Source: an uncultured Planctomycetota bacterium
GTDB taxonomy: Bacteria > Planctomycetota > PLA2 > JAEUHO01
DNA: 64,000 bases
Assembly: GCA_963752285.1 (NCBI GenBank)
Contig: CAVVXN010000005.1
Coordinates: 1,312,001 to 1,376,000 of the forward strand
Direction of reading: 5' to 3'
Shown: positions 56,164 through 64,000 of the stretch, one piece after another
Numbering within the stretch: position 1 is the first letter of the stretch
Layout of the letters: each line of letters begins with the position of its first letter
Position numbers and translations under genes: made by a program
Notes under the pieces: model-generated
Databases searched by the model: none
What the model was told of the DNA's origin: nothing
Seen by the model: only the letters and a program-made list of their open reading frames with translations

Positions 56164-57321
56164 ATGACCACTCCTCCTCCCACTCCGTCCCCCACGGCCA
56201 AGAAGAAGGCGGACCTCGCGGGGCCCGGCGTCAGCACGTACGAGGAGGTCGCGAAGATCCTCCCGAAGGACTACCAGAGCGTCCTCACGCCCATGGAGAC
56301 CATGAAGGCGCTCTACGAGGTGAAGCGCTCGATCGAGGACGGACTCGCCCGCGAGCTGAACCTGCAGCTCGTTCAGGTCCCGCTCATCGTCGACAAGGCC
56401 TCGGGCGTGAACGACATGCTCGACCGCGACGGCTCGCGCACGCCGGTGGAGTTCGACTGCGGCCTCGGCATCTCGCCGCGGATCCGCGGACAGGTCGTCC
56501 AGGCCGCGACGAAGTGGAAGCGCGTCGCGCTGAAGCAGTTCGGCTGCCAGGTCGGCCAGGGCATCAACACCGACATGCGCGCGGTCCGCAAGGACTACTT
56601 CCTCGACCACGACCACTCCTCCTACGTGGACCAGTGGGACTGGGAGCGCGTGATCACCGCGAAGGACCGGAACCTCGACTTCCTGAAGGACGTCGTCCGG
56701 AAGATCTGGAGCGTGATCCGCACGGCGGGCGTGCAAGTCCGCGAGCACTTCCCGAAGCTCAAGGACCCGCGCTTCCCGGAGATCCCCGAGGAGCTCACGT
56801 TCCTCCACGCCGAGGATCTCCTCGAGATGTTCCCGGACCTCCCTCGGAAGGAACGCGAGACGCGCATCCTCCAGAAGCACCCCGCGGTGTTCATCGTCGG
56901 CATCGGCCATCCCCTGAAGGACGGCCTCCCGCACGAGCTCCGCGCCGTGGACTACGACGACTGGATCACCCCCACGATCCAGAAGAACGGCGAGCAGTAC
57001 CACGGCCTGAACGGCGACATCCTGGTCTGGAACCCCATCACGAAGCGCCGCCACGAGCTCACCTCGATGGGCATCCGCGTCACGAAGGAGACGCTCCGCC
57101 AGCAGTGCGAGATGGCGAAGACCGAGGACGTCCTCTCGCAGCCCTACCACCAGGCGATCCTGAACGACCAGATCCCCCTCAGCATCGGCGGGGGCATCGG
57201 ACAGGCCCGCACCTACATGTACCTGCTCCGCAAGGCGCACCTCGGCGAGGTCACGGTGACGGTGTGGCCGAAGCAGCTGAAGGACATCTGCGCGGCGCGG
57301 AACATCCACGTCCTCGAGTAG
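56164..57321 (+). CDS. asnA: Aspartate-ammonia ligase (asparagine synthetase A)
   Basis: VVQAATKWKR, HSSYVDQWDWE, RAVDYDDW, LNGDIL, ELTSMGIRV, SIGGGIGQAR, HLGEV. Confidence 0.95.
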   Translation: MTTPPPTPSPTAKKKADLAGPGVSTYEEVAKILPKDYQSVLTPMETMKALYEVKRSIEDGLARELNLQLVQVPLIVDKASGVNDMLDRDGSRTPVEFDCGLGISPRIRGQVVQAATKWKRVALKQFGCQVGQGINTDMRAVRKDYFLDHDHSSYVDQWDWERVITAKDRNLDFLKDVVRKIWSVIRTAGVQVREHFPKLKDPRFPEIPEELTFLHAEDLLEMFPDLPRKERETRILQKHPAVFIVGIGHPLKDGLPHELRAVDYDDWITPTIQKNGEQYHGLNGDILVWNPITKRRHELTSMGIRVTKETLRQQCEMAKTEDVLSQPYHQAILNDQIPLSIGGGIGQARTYMYLLRKAHLGEVTVTVWPKQLKDICAARNIHVLE

Positions 57322-57370
57322 CGTCGTCACCTGGGGCCCGCGACCCGGTCGCGGGCCTCCAGGCGCCCCC

Positions 57371-58813
57371 ATGTCCGAGCCCACCCCCCTCCTCTGGGAC
57401 GAGCCCGCGTTCGACGCCGGACCGTCCTCCACGGGCCCGCGCGGCACCCTCGAGGCGCGCCTGGGTGCGCCGCGCGAGGCGTGGGCGGCCGAGGACCTGG
57501 TCCGGTTCTGCCGGCACCACGACGTCCGGCTCGTCTCGCTCATGCACGTGAGCGCCGACGGCTCGCTCAAGGCGCTCGACTTCGTGCCCCGGAGCGACGA
57601 GCACCTCCTCGACATCCTCACCGGCGGCGAACGCGCGGACGGGTCGAGCCTCTTCGCGGGCGTCGGCATCCCCACCGACGCGTCCGACATCGTGCTCCGC
57701 CCGCGCCCGTCGAGCGCGTTCCTCCACCCGTTCGAGGAACGGCCCACGCTCGTCGTGCTCTGCGGGCACGCCGACCGCGGAGGGAACCCCCTCGCCGTGT
57801 CGCCCGACACCGTCGCCTGGCGGGCGTGGGCGAGGCTTCGGGAGGAGACCGGCCTCCAGCTCTGGGCCCTCGGCGAGGTCGAGCTGTACCTCGGCCGGCG
57901 CGCGTCCGAGGGCGAAGCCGAGCGAGCCGACGACCGCGGCTACCACGCGACGGCGCCCCAGGTCTTCGGCGAGGGGCTCCGCCGGCGCGCGCTCTTCCAC
58001 CTCTCGGAGATGGGGGTGCCGGTCAAGTACGCCCACGGCGAGGTGGGATCCATCGGCCCGGCCGACGGCGGCGGCACGGCCTGGGAACAGCACGAGATCG
58101 AGCTCGACCTGCTGCCCCTGCCCGAGGCGGCGGACGCGATCGTGCTGGTCCGCTGGGTCCTGCGCTCGCTGGCCCGCCAGGAGGGCCTGCTCATCAGCAT
58201 GGCGCCGGTCGTCGCGCCCGGTCACGCCGGGAACGGCCTCCACCTGCACCTCGCGCCGCGCGAACGCGGGGTGGACCGCGCGGGGCGAAACGCACAGGGG
58301 CGCCTCACCGACGCGTCGCGCTGGCTCCTCGGCGGGCTCGTGGGGATGGGCGACGCGCTCATGGCGTTCTCGAACCGCGTCCCCGAGTCGTTCGTGCGCC
58401 TGGCGGGCGGCCGCGAGACGCCGCGCGCGCTCACGTGGGGCGAGTTCGACCGGTCCGCCCTCGTACGCATCCCGGCGATCCCGCGCGCGGCCGACGGGCG
58501 CCCGGTCGCGGCGCCGACCATCGAGCTGCGCCTCCCCGACGGCTCCGCGCACCCCCACCTCGCGCTCGCCGGCGCCGCGCAGGCGATGCGGTGGGCGCGC
58601 CGGTGGGACGACCTCGACGCGCGCCTCGAGCGCACGTCCTCACGGGCGACGCCCGACCGCCGCGACGCGGCGGTGGTGCCGCGCTCGTTCGCCGAGGTCG
58701 GCGCGGCGTTGCGGCGGACGCGCGACGCGTTCGAGGCCGGCGGCGTGTTCCCGCCGGCGTTGATCGACGCGTACCTCGAGCGCCTGGAGGCGAACCGCGC
58801 CCCCGGCGCGTAG
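57371..58813 (+). CDS. glnA: Glutamine synthetase family protein
   Basis: DGSSL, GEVELYL, HGEVG, EQHEIE, AGNGLHLH, RLAGGRETP, DRSALVRIP, IELRLPDG. Confidence 0.82.
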   Translation: MSEPTPLLWDEPAFDAGPSSTGPRGTLEARLGAPREAWAAEDLVRFCRHHDVRLVSLMHVSADGSLKALDFVPRSDEHLLDILTGGERADGSSLFAGVGIPTDASDIVLRPRPSSAFLHPFEERPTLVVLCGHADRGGNPLAVSPDTVAWRAWARLREETGLQLWALGEVELYLGRRASEGEAERADDRGYHATAPQVFGEGLRRRALFHLSEMGVPVKYAHGEVGSIGPADGGGTAWEQHEIELDLLPLPEAADAIVLVRWVLRSLARQEGLLISMAPVVAPGHAGNGLHLHLAPRERGVDRAGRNAQGRLTDASRWLLGGLVGMGDALMAFSNRVPESFVRLAGGRETPRALTWGEFDRSALVRIPAIPRAADGRPVAAPTIELRLPDGSAHPHLALAGAAQAMRWARRWDDLDARLERTSSRATPDRRDAAVVPRSFAEVGAALRRTRDAFEAGGVFPPALIDAYLERLEANRAPGA

Positions 58814-59101
58814 CCGTAGGCTCAGCGACGCGCCGAACCGGGCGTCGGCAGCAGGCGGAGGTTCGCGGTCGCCTCGGCGCGAAGGCCCGGCGGCAGCGCC
58901 GCGTGCGAGCCGAACGTCCGGAGCACCAGCGGATGCCGCGGGTCGTCCTTCGGGATACGCCCGGTCCCGTCGATCGAGGCGGACGCGGCCTCGCGATCGG
59001 TGGCGCAGAGCCGCACCACCTCGTCCCGGAGCGCGGCGAGCCACGGGTGGGCCGCCCCCACCGCCGCCTCGTCCCCCGCGCGGGCGTCCGGGACGCGGGC
59101 A

Positions 59102-59186
59102 TGGTGCGAGAGGGGGGATTCGAACCCCCACGGGTTGCCCCACAGGATCCTAAGTCCTGCGCGTCTGCCGGTTCCGCCACTCTCGC
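59102..59186 (-). tRNA. tRNA-Leu (TAG)
   Basis: GCGAGAG/CTCTCGC acceptor stem, anticodon arm CAGGA-CTTAGGA-TCCTG, long variable arm, GGTTCGAATCC T-loop, encoded CCA; TACACT -10 at 59206-59211. Confidence 0.96.
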
Positions 59187-59292
59187 GCGGGCGCCACGGC
59201 CGGCGAGTGTACGGGCGGCGCCGGCGGCGCTCCGCGCTCCCCCCCCGCGTCGGCTTCGCGGTAGGGTGACGCGGCACGAGGAGACCCTCGCC

Positions 59293-61545
59293 ATGGCGGA
59301 CAAGGACCCTTCGGCCGGACGGCACGAGCCGCCGCTCGGGACCCGGCTCGGACGGTACCGGCTCGACGAGATCGTCGGACGCGGCGGCATGGGCACGGTC
59401 TACCGGTCGTTCGACGAGCAGACGCGCCGCGAGGTGGCCGTGAAGATCCTCCTCCCCGGCCTGCCCGACTCGCTCGTGCAGCGCTTCCTCGCCGAGAGCG
59501 AGGCCGAGGCCAAGATCCGCCATGCCCACGTGATGCCGGTCTACGACCGCGGGATCTTCGAAAAGGACCGGCACTACTTCGTGATGGAGCTCCTGTACGA
59601 GCCGATCACGCTCGCCGACGTCGTGGACCGGGTCCAGAAGGGGACGCTCGGGTCGGAGTGGCCGCGCCTCCGCCACTGGTCGAACCCGGCCCGCCTGATC
59701 CAGGACGTCCTCGTCCCGGTGGCCCGCGGCGTGGACGCCGCGAATCGCGACCACGACATCCTCCACCGCGACCTGAAGCCGGACAACGTCCTCATCGACG
59801 TCCGGACCCGCCGCGCGTACCTGATCGACTTCGGGATCTGCCATAGCGCGGGCCAGCCGGCGGAGGCCGGCAAGATCGTCGGCACTCCGCGGTTCCTCTC
59901 GCCCGAGCAGGCGCGCGGTGACCTCGACCCGCGCACGGACGTGTGGGGCCTCGGCGCGCTCATCTACTTCGTGCTCTCGGGCCGGCCGCCCATGCGCTCG
60001 TCCTCGCCGCTTCGGCGGGCGGAGCGCGACAAGCGCATCGAGGAGCTCCGGGAGGCCGAGTCGAACGCGCGCGCAGGCGGCGACACGACGTACGCGGGTG
60101 AGCTCCACAGCCGCTGCATGGACCTGCTCGCGCCGAGCTTCCGCACGCTCGACGACATGCTCGACGACGCGCGGCTCGGGCGCTACGAGGGACTCCCCGA
60201 CACGGTGCCCGCCGCGGCCCGCGCGATCGTCCACAAGGCGATGGCCCTCGCGCCCGCCGATCGCTACGAGAGCGCGGCCGACCTGGCGGACGACCTCGAT
60301 GCCTGGGTCGGCGGGGGCAACGTCCGCGCGCTCTCGGAGCAGCACGCCGCCGGCGCGGCCATGGCCGTCGCCCAGCGCACGGCGCGTCGTGCGTTGGGGC
60401 CGGCGCTCCTCTCGATCGCCGGTCTGCTCGCGGGGCTCGGTGTCGGCGCGGCCGTGTTGTCGGGCCCGACCGAGTCGGTCGTGGAGCAGAACGCCGCGGT
60501 GACGTCGGGCGTGGAAGACCTCGCGACCGAGGTGGATGGGCTCGCGGGCCACGTTCCGTCTCCCGCCGAGGGCCAGGTGATCTGGCGGTCCGTCCGGACC
60601 CGCGTGCAGGAGCTCGAGGGCCGGGCGAACAGCCTGCCGGAGGGTCCGGCCCGACGGTCCGCCCTCGCGAAGCTCGACGACATCGACCGCCGGACGGCCG
60701 TGCCCGTCACGCGCGTCTCGCGTCCGACGACGGGCACGTACGTGATCGAGAGCGTCTTCGACGGGTCCCGCGTGCCCCTCGACGCGCCGGAGATCCCGCT
60801 GGCGCCCGGCCCGTACCTCGTGCGACAGGAGGGGTCCGAGCACCTGCGCGTCCCGTTCTACGTCCCGTGGCCGATGCGTCTGCCGCCGCCCGCGCCCGTC
60901 GAGGTCACGGTGCCGACGCGCGCGGGCGCGGACCCCGAGGGCATGCGGCTCGTCCCCTCGGGCCCCCCGCTCACGGGCGAGGACCCGATCCCGACGTTCT
61001 GGATCAGCGCGACGGAGATCGGCTGCCTCGACTGGGCGGAGTGGCTCGACGAGCTCCCCGACGAGGAGCGCGACCGGCACCTCCCACCGCAGGGGTTCGC
61101 GCCGGACCCCGCCGCGCGGGGCCACTACATCCTCGTCCCCGGCTTCGAGAACCGGCCCGTCACGGGCATCCCTCCCGCGTCGGCCGCCGCCTACGCCGCG
61201 TGGCGCGCGCAGGTGTTCAAGCGGGCGTTCCGGCTCGCGACGCCGGCCGAGTGGCGGCGCGCGGCGGGCGGTGCCCTCCTCGACGCGGACGACGCGATGT
61301 TGTTCCGACCCCTCGGGGTCTCGCCGGAGGGGAAGGCGGTCCCCGATCGGTCGCCGTACGGCGTCGAGAACGCGCTCGGCGCGCCCGCCGAGATCGTGCT
61401 CGGTCCCACCGGTGCGTACCGCCTCGTGGGGAGCGGCGACCCGGCCGGAATCCCGCGCACGGCCGAGGCCCTCCGGGGGGAGGTGGAGGTGCCGGGGGAA
61501 CAGCCCGTCGCCGCCGGTTTCCGCCTCGTCCTGCCCGTCGAGTGA
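59293..61545 (+). CDS. Hanks-type Ser/Thr kinase with TM helix and degenerate FGE-sulfatase domain
   Basis: [65 protein letters not shown]. Confidence 0.92.
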   Translation: MADKDPSAGRHEPPLGTRLGRYRLDEIVGRGGMGTVYRSFDEQTRREVAVKILLPGLPDSLVQRFLAESEAEAKIRHAHVMPVYDRGIFEKDRHYFVMELLYEPITLADVVDRVQKGTLGSEWPRLRHWSNPARLIQDVLVPVARGVDAANRDHDILHRDLKPDNVLIDVRTRRAYLIDFGICHSAGQPAEAGKIVGTPRFLSPEQARGDLDPRTDVWGLGALIYFVLSGRPPMRSSSPLRRAERDKRIEELREAESNARAGGDTTYAGELHSRCMDLLAPSFRTLDDMLDDARLGRYEGLPDTVPAAARAIVHKAMALAPADRYESAADLADDLDAWVGGGNVRALSEQHAAGAAMAVAQRTARRALGPALLSIAGLLAGLGVGAAVLSGPTESVVEQNAAVTSGVEDLATEVDGLAGHVPSPAEGQVIWRSVRTRVQELEGRANSLPEGPARRSALAKLDDIDRRTAVPVTRVSRPTTGTYVIESVFDGSRVPLDAPEIPLAPGPYLVRQEGSEHLRVPFYVPWPMRLPPPAPVEVTVPTRAGADPEGMRLVPSGPPLTGEDPIPTFWISATEIGCLDWAEWLDELPDEERDRHLPPQGFAPDPAARGHYILVPGFENRPVTGIPPASAAAYAAWRAQVFKRAFRLATPAEWRRAAGGALLDADDAMLFRPLGVSPEGKAVPDRSPYGVENALGAPAEIVLGPTGAYRLVGSGDPAGIPRTAEALRGEVEVPGEQPVAAGFRLVLPVE

Positions 61546-61587
61546 CGCGGGCGCGCCGCGCGGGAGGCGGGCGCGCGCCCCCGCGCG

Positions 61588-62073
61588 CTACCGCGGCGCC
61601 GCCAGGACCGCGTCCCGGCGTCGCTCGAGGAGTCGCGTGCCGTCTCCCTCCACGAAGGCCTTGTACGCGACCACGCCCGCGGAGGCCGCGGCCACGAACC
61701 GATCGTGGATCTCGAGGGAGAGCGGGTCGCGCTCCTGCCAGTCCGCGCGGGACGCCTCGCCCCCGACCAGGAGCTGCACGGTCATGTCGCCCGCGATGTT
61801 CGCGAGGTCGGCGTGCACGTGCCGGGCCGTCCTCGCCGCCTCCGTGTCCGTCGGCCAGAGGACGAGGGCGACCTCCTGGACGTCGCGCGTCCAGGTGCCG
61901 TCCGAGATGCCCTCGCCGCCGCCGACCCGGTCGGCGAGGTGCCGGAGCAGGGCCGTCCCGGGCGGCGGCCCGGGGGGGGCCTCGTCCTCGTGACCGCAGG
62001 CCGCGAGGCCTACGACGGCGACGAGCAGGGCGGCGAGGAGACCGGGGAGCGAGGGGGCGCGGGACGGACTCAT
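61588..62073 (-). CDS. Hypothetical lipoprotein
   Basis: Lipobox LAA-C after a hydrophobic stretch; ATG 7 nt after TACGAT. Confidence 0.7.
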   Translation of the reverse strand: MSPSRAPSLPGLLAALLVAVVGLAACGHEDEAPPGPPPGTALLRHLADRVGGGEGISDGTWTRDVQEVALVLWPTDTEAARTARHVHADLANIAGDMTVQLLVGGEASRADWQERDPLSLEIHDRFVAAASAGVVAYKAFVEGDGTRLLERRRDAVLAAPR

Positions 62074-62120
62074 CCCGGCGATCGTACGGCGCGGGCCGTG
62101 CCGTCCCGGGCCGCCACTTC

Positions 62121-62137
62121 GATTGCAATCTGCAATC
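62121..62137. promoter_or_regulatory. Palindromic operator GATTGCA-ATC-TGCAATC between divergent genes
   Basis: Perfect 7-3-7 inverted repeat, AT-rich, about 100 nt upstream of pdhA. Confidence 0.55.
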
Positions 62138-62237
62138 ACTTGGCCCCGTCCGGGCCCAGCGTCGCTTGCGGGTCCGCCCGGGGGCCCCTATTCTCCCCGC
62201 TCCCCCGTTCGAGCGCGCCGAGCCCCGAGGAGGAGCC

Positions 62238-63359
62238 ATGCCCACCGCCCCGCCGCTTCGTCAGGTGCTCGACCCCGAGGGGAAGGCGTCGGGGAAGGTC
62301 CCCCCGGAGCTCACGAAGGAGGACTTGAAGTCCCTCTTCGCCGCGATGGTGCGGACCCGCCTCTTCGACCAGCGGGGTCTGAACCTCCAGCGTCAGGGCC
62401 GCATCGGGTTCTTCGTGCCCGGGGCGGGCCAGGAGGCGAGCCAGATCGGCGTCGGGTTCGCGATCGGCGCGGAGGACTGGATCTTCCCGTCGTATCGCAT
62501 GCACTCGGTCGCGCTCCAGAAGGGGATCCGCCCGCGCACCCTCCTCGACCAGATGTGGGGAAACCAGCGAGACCTCGTGCGCGGCCGTCAGATGCCGAAC
62601 CACTTCTCGTTCCGGCAGATCCACTGGGTGTCGATCTCGTCGCCCATCGGCACGCAGATCAGCCAGGCCGCCGGCGCGGCGCGGGCCGCGCAGATCCAGA
62701 AGGACCCGTGCGTCGCCTGGGCGTTCTTCGGCGACGGGGGCACGTCGTCGAACGACTTCCACGCGGGCCTCAACTTCGCCGGCGTGTGGAAGGCGCCCGT
62801 CGTCTTCGTGTGCGAGAACAACCACTGGGCGATCTCGGTGCCGCAGACGAGCCAGACGGCGAGCGAGACGTTCGCCCAGAAGGCGAAGGCATACGGGATC
62901 GCGGGCGTCCGCGCCGACGGCAACGACGTGCTCGCGGTCTACGAGGCCGCGCGCGAGGCGCGCGAGCGCGCCCTGGCCGGCGAGGGGCCGACGCTCCTCG
63001 AGACGGTCACGTTTCGGATGGGTCCGCACTCCTCGTCGGACGACCCGAAGCGCTACCAGGACCCCGAGCTCCTCGAGTCCTGGCGGCGGAAGGACCCCAT
63101 CGAACGCTACCGCGCCTTCCTGAAGGCGAAGCGGATCTGGACCAAGGCCTGGGAGGAGGAGGTCGTCCAGGCCTTCCAGGACGAGCTCTCGAAGGCGATC
63201 GAGGAGGCGGAGGGCACCCCGCCGCCCGGCGTCGAGACGCTCTTCGAGGACGTGTACGCGAAGATCCCCGCGATCCTCGCCGAGCAGCGGGACCAGCTGC
63301 TCGAGCAGATCCGCCGGGGCGGTGACATCGAGGACACGGGCGGCGCGTTCCCGCTCTGA
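62238..63359 (+). CDS. pdhA: Pyruvate / branched-chain 2-oxoacid dehydrogenase E1 alpha subunit
   Basis: LQRQGRIGF..GQEA, GDGGTS..ENNHWAIS TPP motif, FRMGPHSSSDDP; SD GAGGAGG. Confidence 0.88.
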   Translation: MPTAPPLRQVLDPEGKASGKVPPELTKEDLKSLFAAMVRTRLFDQRGLNLQRQGRIGFFVPGAGQEASQIGVGFAIGAEDWIFPSYRMHSVALQKGIRPRTLLDQMWGNQRDLVRGRQMPNHFSFRQIHWVSISSPIGTQISQAAGAARAAQIQKDPCVAWAFFGDGGTSSNDFHAGLNFAGVWKAPVVFVCENNHWAISVPQTSQTASETFAQKAKAYGIAGVRADGNDVLAVYEAAREARERALAGEGPTLLETVTFRMGPHSSSDDPKRYQDPELLESWRRKDPIERYRAFLKAKRIWTKAWEEEVVQAFQDELSKAIEEAEGTPPPGVETLFEDVYAKIPAILAEQRDQLLEQIRRGGDIEDTGGAFPL

Positions 63360-63389
63360 CAGCCGGTCGGTCACGGAGGGCTCGGCGCC

Positions 63390-64000
63390 ATGCCGCAGAT
63401 GACGATGATCCAGGCGATCAACGACGCGCTCCACGTCGCGATGGGCAAAGACGACAAGGTCGTCGTCCTGGGGGAGGACGTCGGCAAGAAGGGCGGCGTG
63501 TTCGGCGCCACCGCCGGTCTCTACGAGAAGTTCGGCGAGCAGCGGGTCATGGACACGCCGCTCAGCGAGTGCGGGATCATCGGGAGCGCGATCGGCATGA
63601 GCCTCTACGGCCTGCGCTCGGTCCCCGAGATCCAGTTCCTCGACTTCATCTACCCCGCCTTCGACCAGATCGTGTCCGAGGCCGCGAAGATGCGCTACCG
63701 CTCGGGCGGCGAGTGGACCGTCCCCATGACCATCCGGACGCCGTCGGGCGGCGGGATCCGCGGCGGGCACTACCACTCGCAGTCGTCCGAGGCGTACTTC
63801 GCGCACACCGCCGGCCTGCGCGTGGTCATGCCCAGCACGCCGCGCGACGCGAAGGGCCTCCTCCTCGCCTCGATCTTCTCCGAGGACCCCGTCATGTTCC
63901 TCGAGCCGAAGGCGCTCTACCGTCACGGCAAGGAGGAGGTGGAGGAGGGCTTCTTCACCGTCGAGCTGGACCGCGCGCGGACCGTGCGCGAGGGCAAGGA
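63390..64000 (+). CDS. pdhB: 2-oxoacid dehydrogenase E1 beta subunit (runs off window end)
   Basis: Manual translation [52 protein letters not shown]. Confidence 0.9.
   Translation, partial: MPQMTMIQAINDALHVAMGKDDKVVVLGEDVGKKGGVFGATAGLYEKFGEQRVMDTPLSECGIIGSAIGMSLYGLRSVPEIQFLDFIYPAFDQIVSEAAKMRYRSGGEWTVPMTIRTPSGGGIRGGHYHSQSSEAYFAHTAGLRVVMPSTPRDAKGLLLASIFSEDPVMFLEPKALYRHGKEEVEEGFFTVELDRARTVREGK

Noticed and set aside
59102..59186. tRNA-Leu as attachment site of an integrated element
   Set aside because: No duplicated tRNA 3' end or adjacent integrase noticed in the window
132..63926. Many very long Arg/Gly/Pro-rich ORFs (e.g. 3760-7587+, 9501-14024-, 10898-15250+, 15665-19447+, 37019-42124+)
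   Set aside because: Shadow frames of real genes, caused by scarce stop codons at high GC; no family motifs

Overview
Very GC-rich (roughly 70-75% by eye) bacterial chromosomal window, probably from an uncultured Planctomycetota lineage. This is inferred from the H-X9-DG prepilin protein, carboxypeptidase-regulatory repeat protein, Ser/Thr kinase-FGE protein, secretin-like protein, dnaX-recR-rpoN and DksA-lspA order, and waaA. Most long ORFs in the supplied track are GC-driven shadow frames. 1-24.7 kb is mainly housekeeping (rpoN, recR, dnaX, dnaE, metK, waaA, secA, pyrD, lspA, DksA-like, xerD, uvrC). 24.7-30.6 kb is a TolC-MFP-RND pump. 30.8-46.7 kb (- strand) is one tightly coupled energy-conservation operon: korA-korB, an unannotated protein that aligns by eye with the TPP domain of the neighbouring PFOR but lacks its catalytic motifs, rnfB, a ~1685-aa PFOR with a tethered C-terminal ferredoxin, rnfCDGEA, a small Cys-rich membrane protein, Tat-type apbE and a CBS protein. 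Directly upstream (47-51.6 kb) is a four-gene signalling cluster headed by a degenerate MglA-like GTPase fused to GAF and a His-containing pseudokinase, then an intact membrane kinase and two receiver proteins with no DNA-binding domain. These two clusters are the best candidates for undescribed systems. The rest holds an HNH ORF reading in frame into a radical SAM gene, a secretin-like gene, asnA-glnA, tRNA-Leu(TAG), a Ser/Thr kinase and pdhAB. No CRISPR array, rRNA or clear transposon was seen. All homology calls come from motif recognition by eye, not from database searches.
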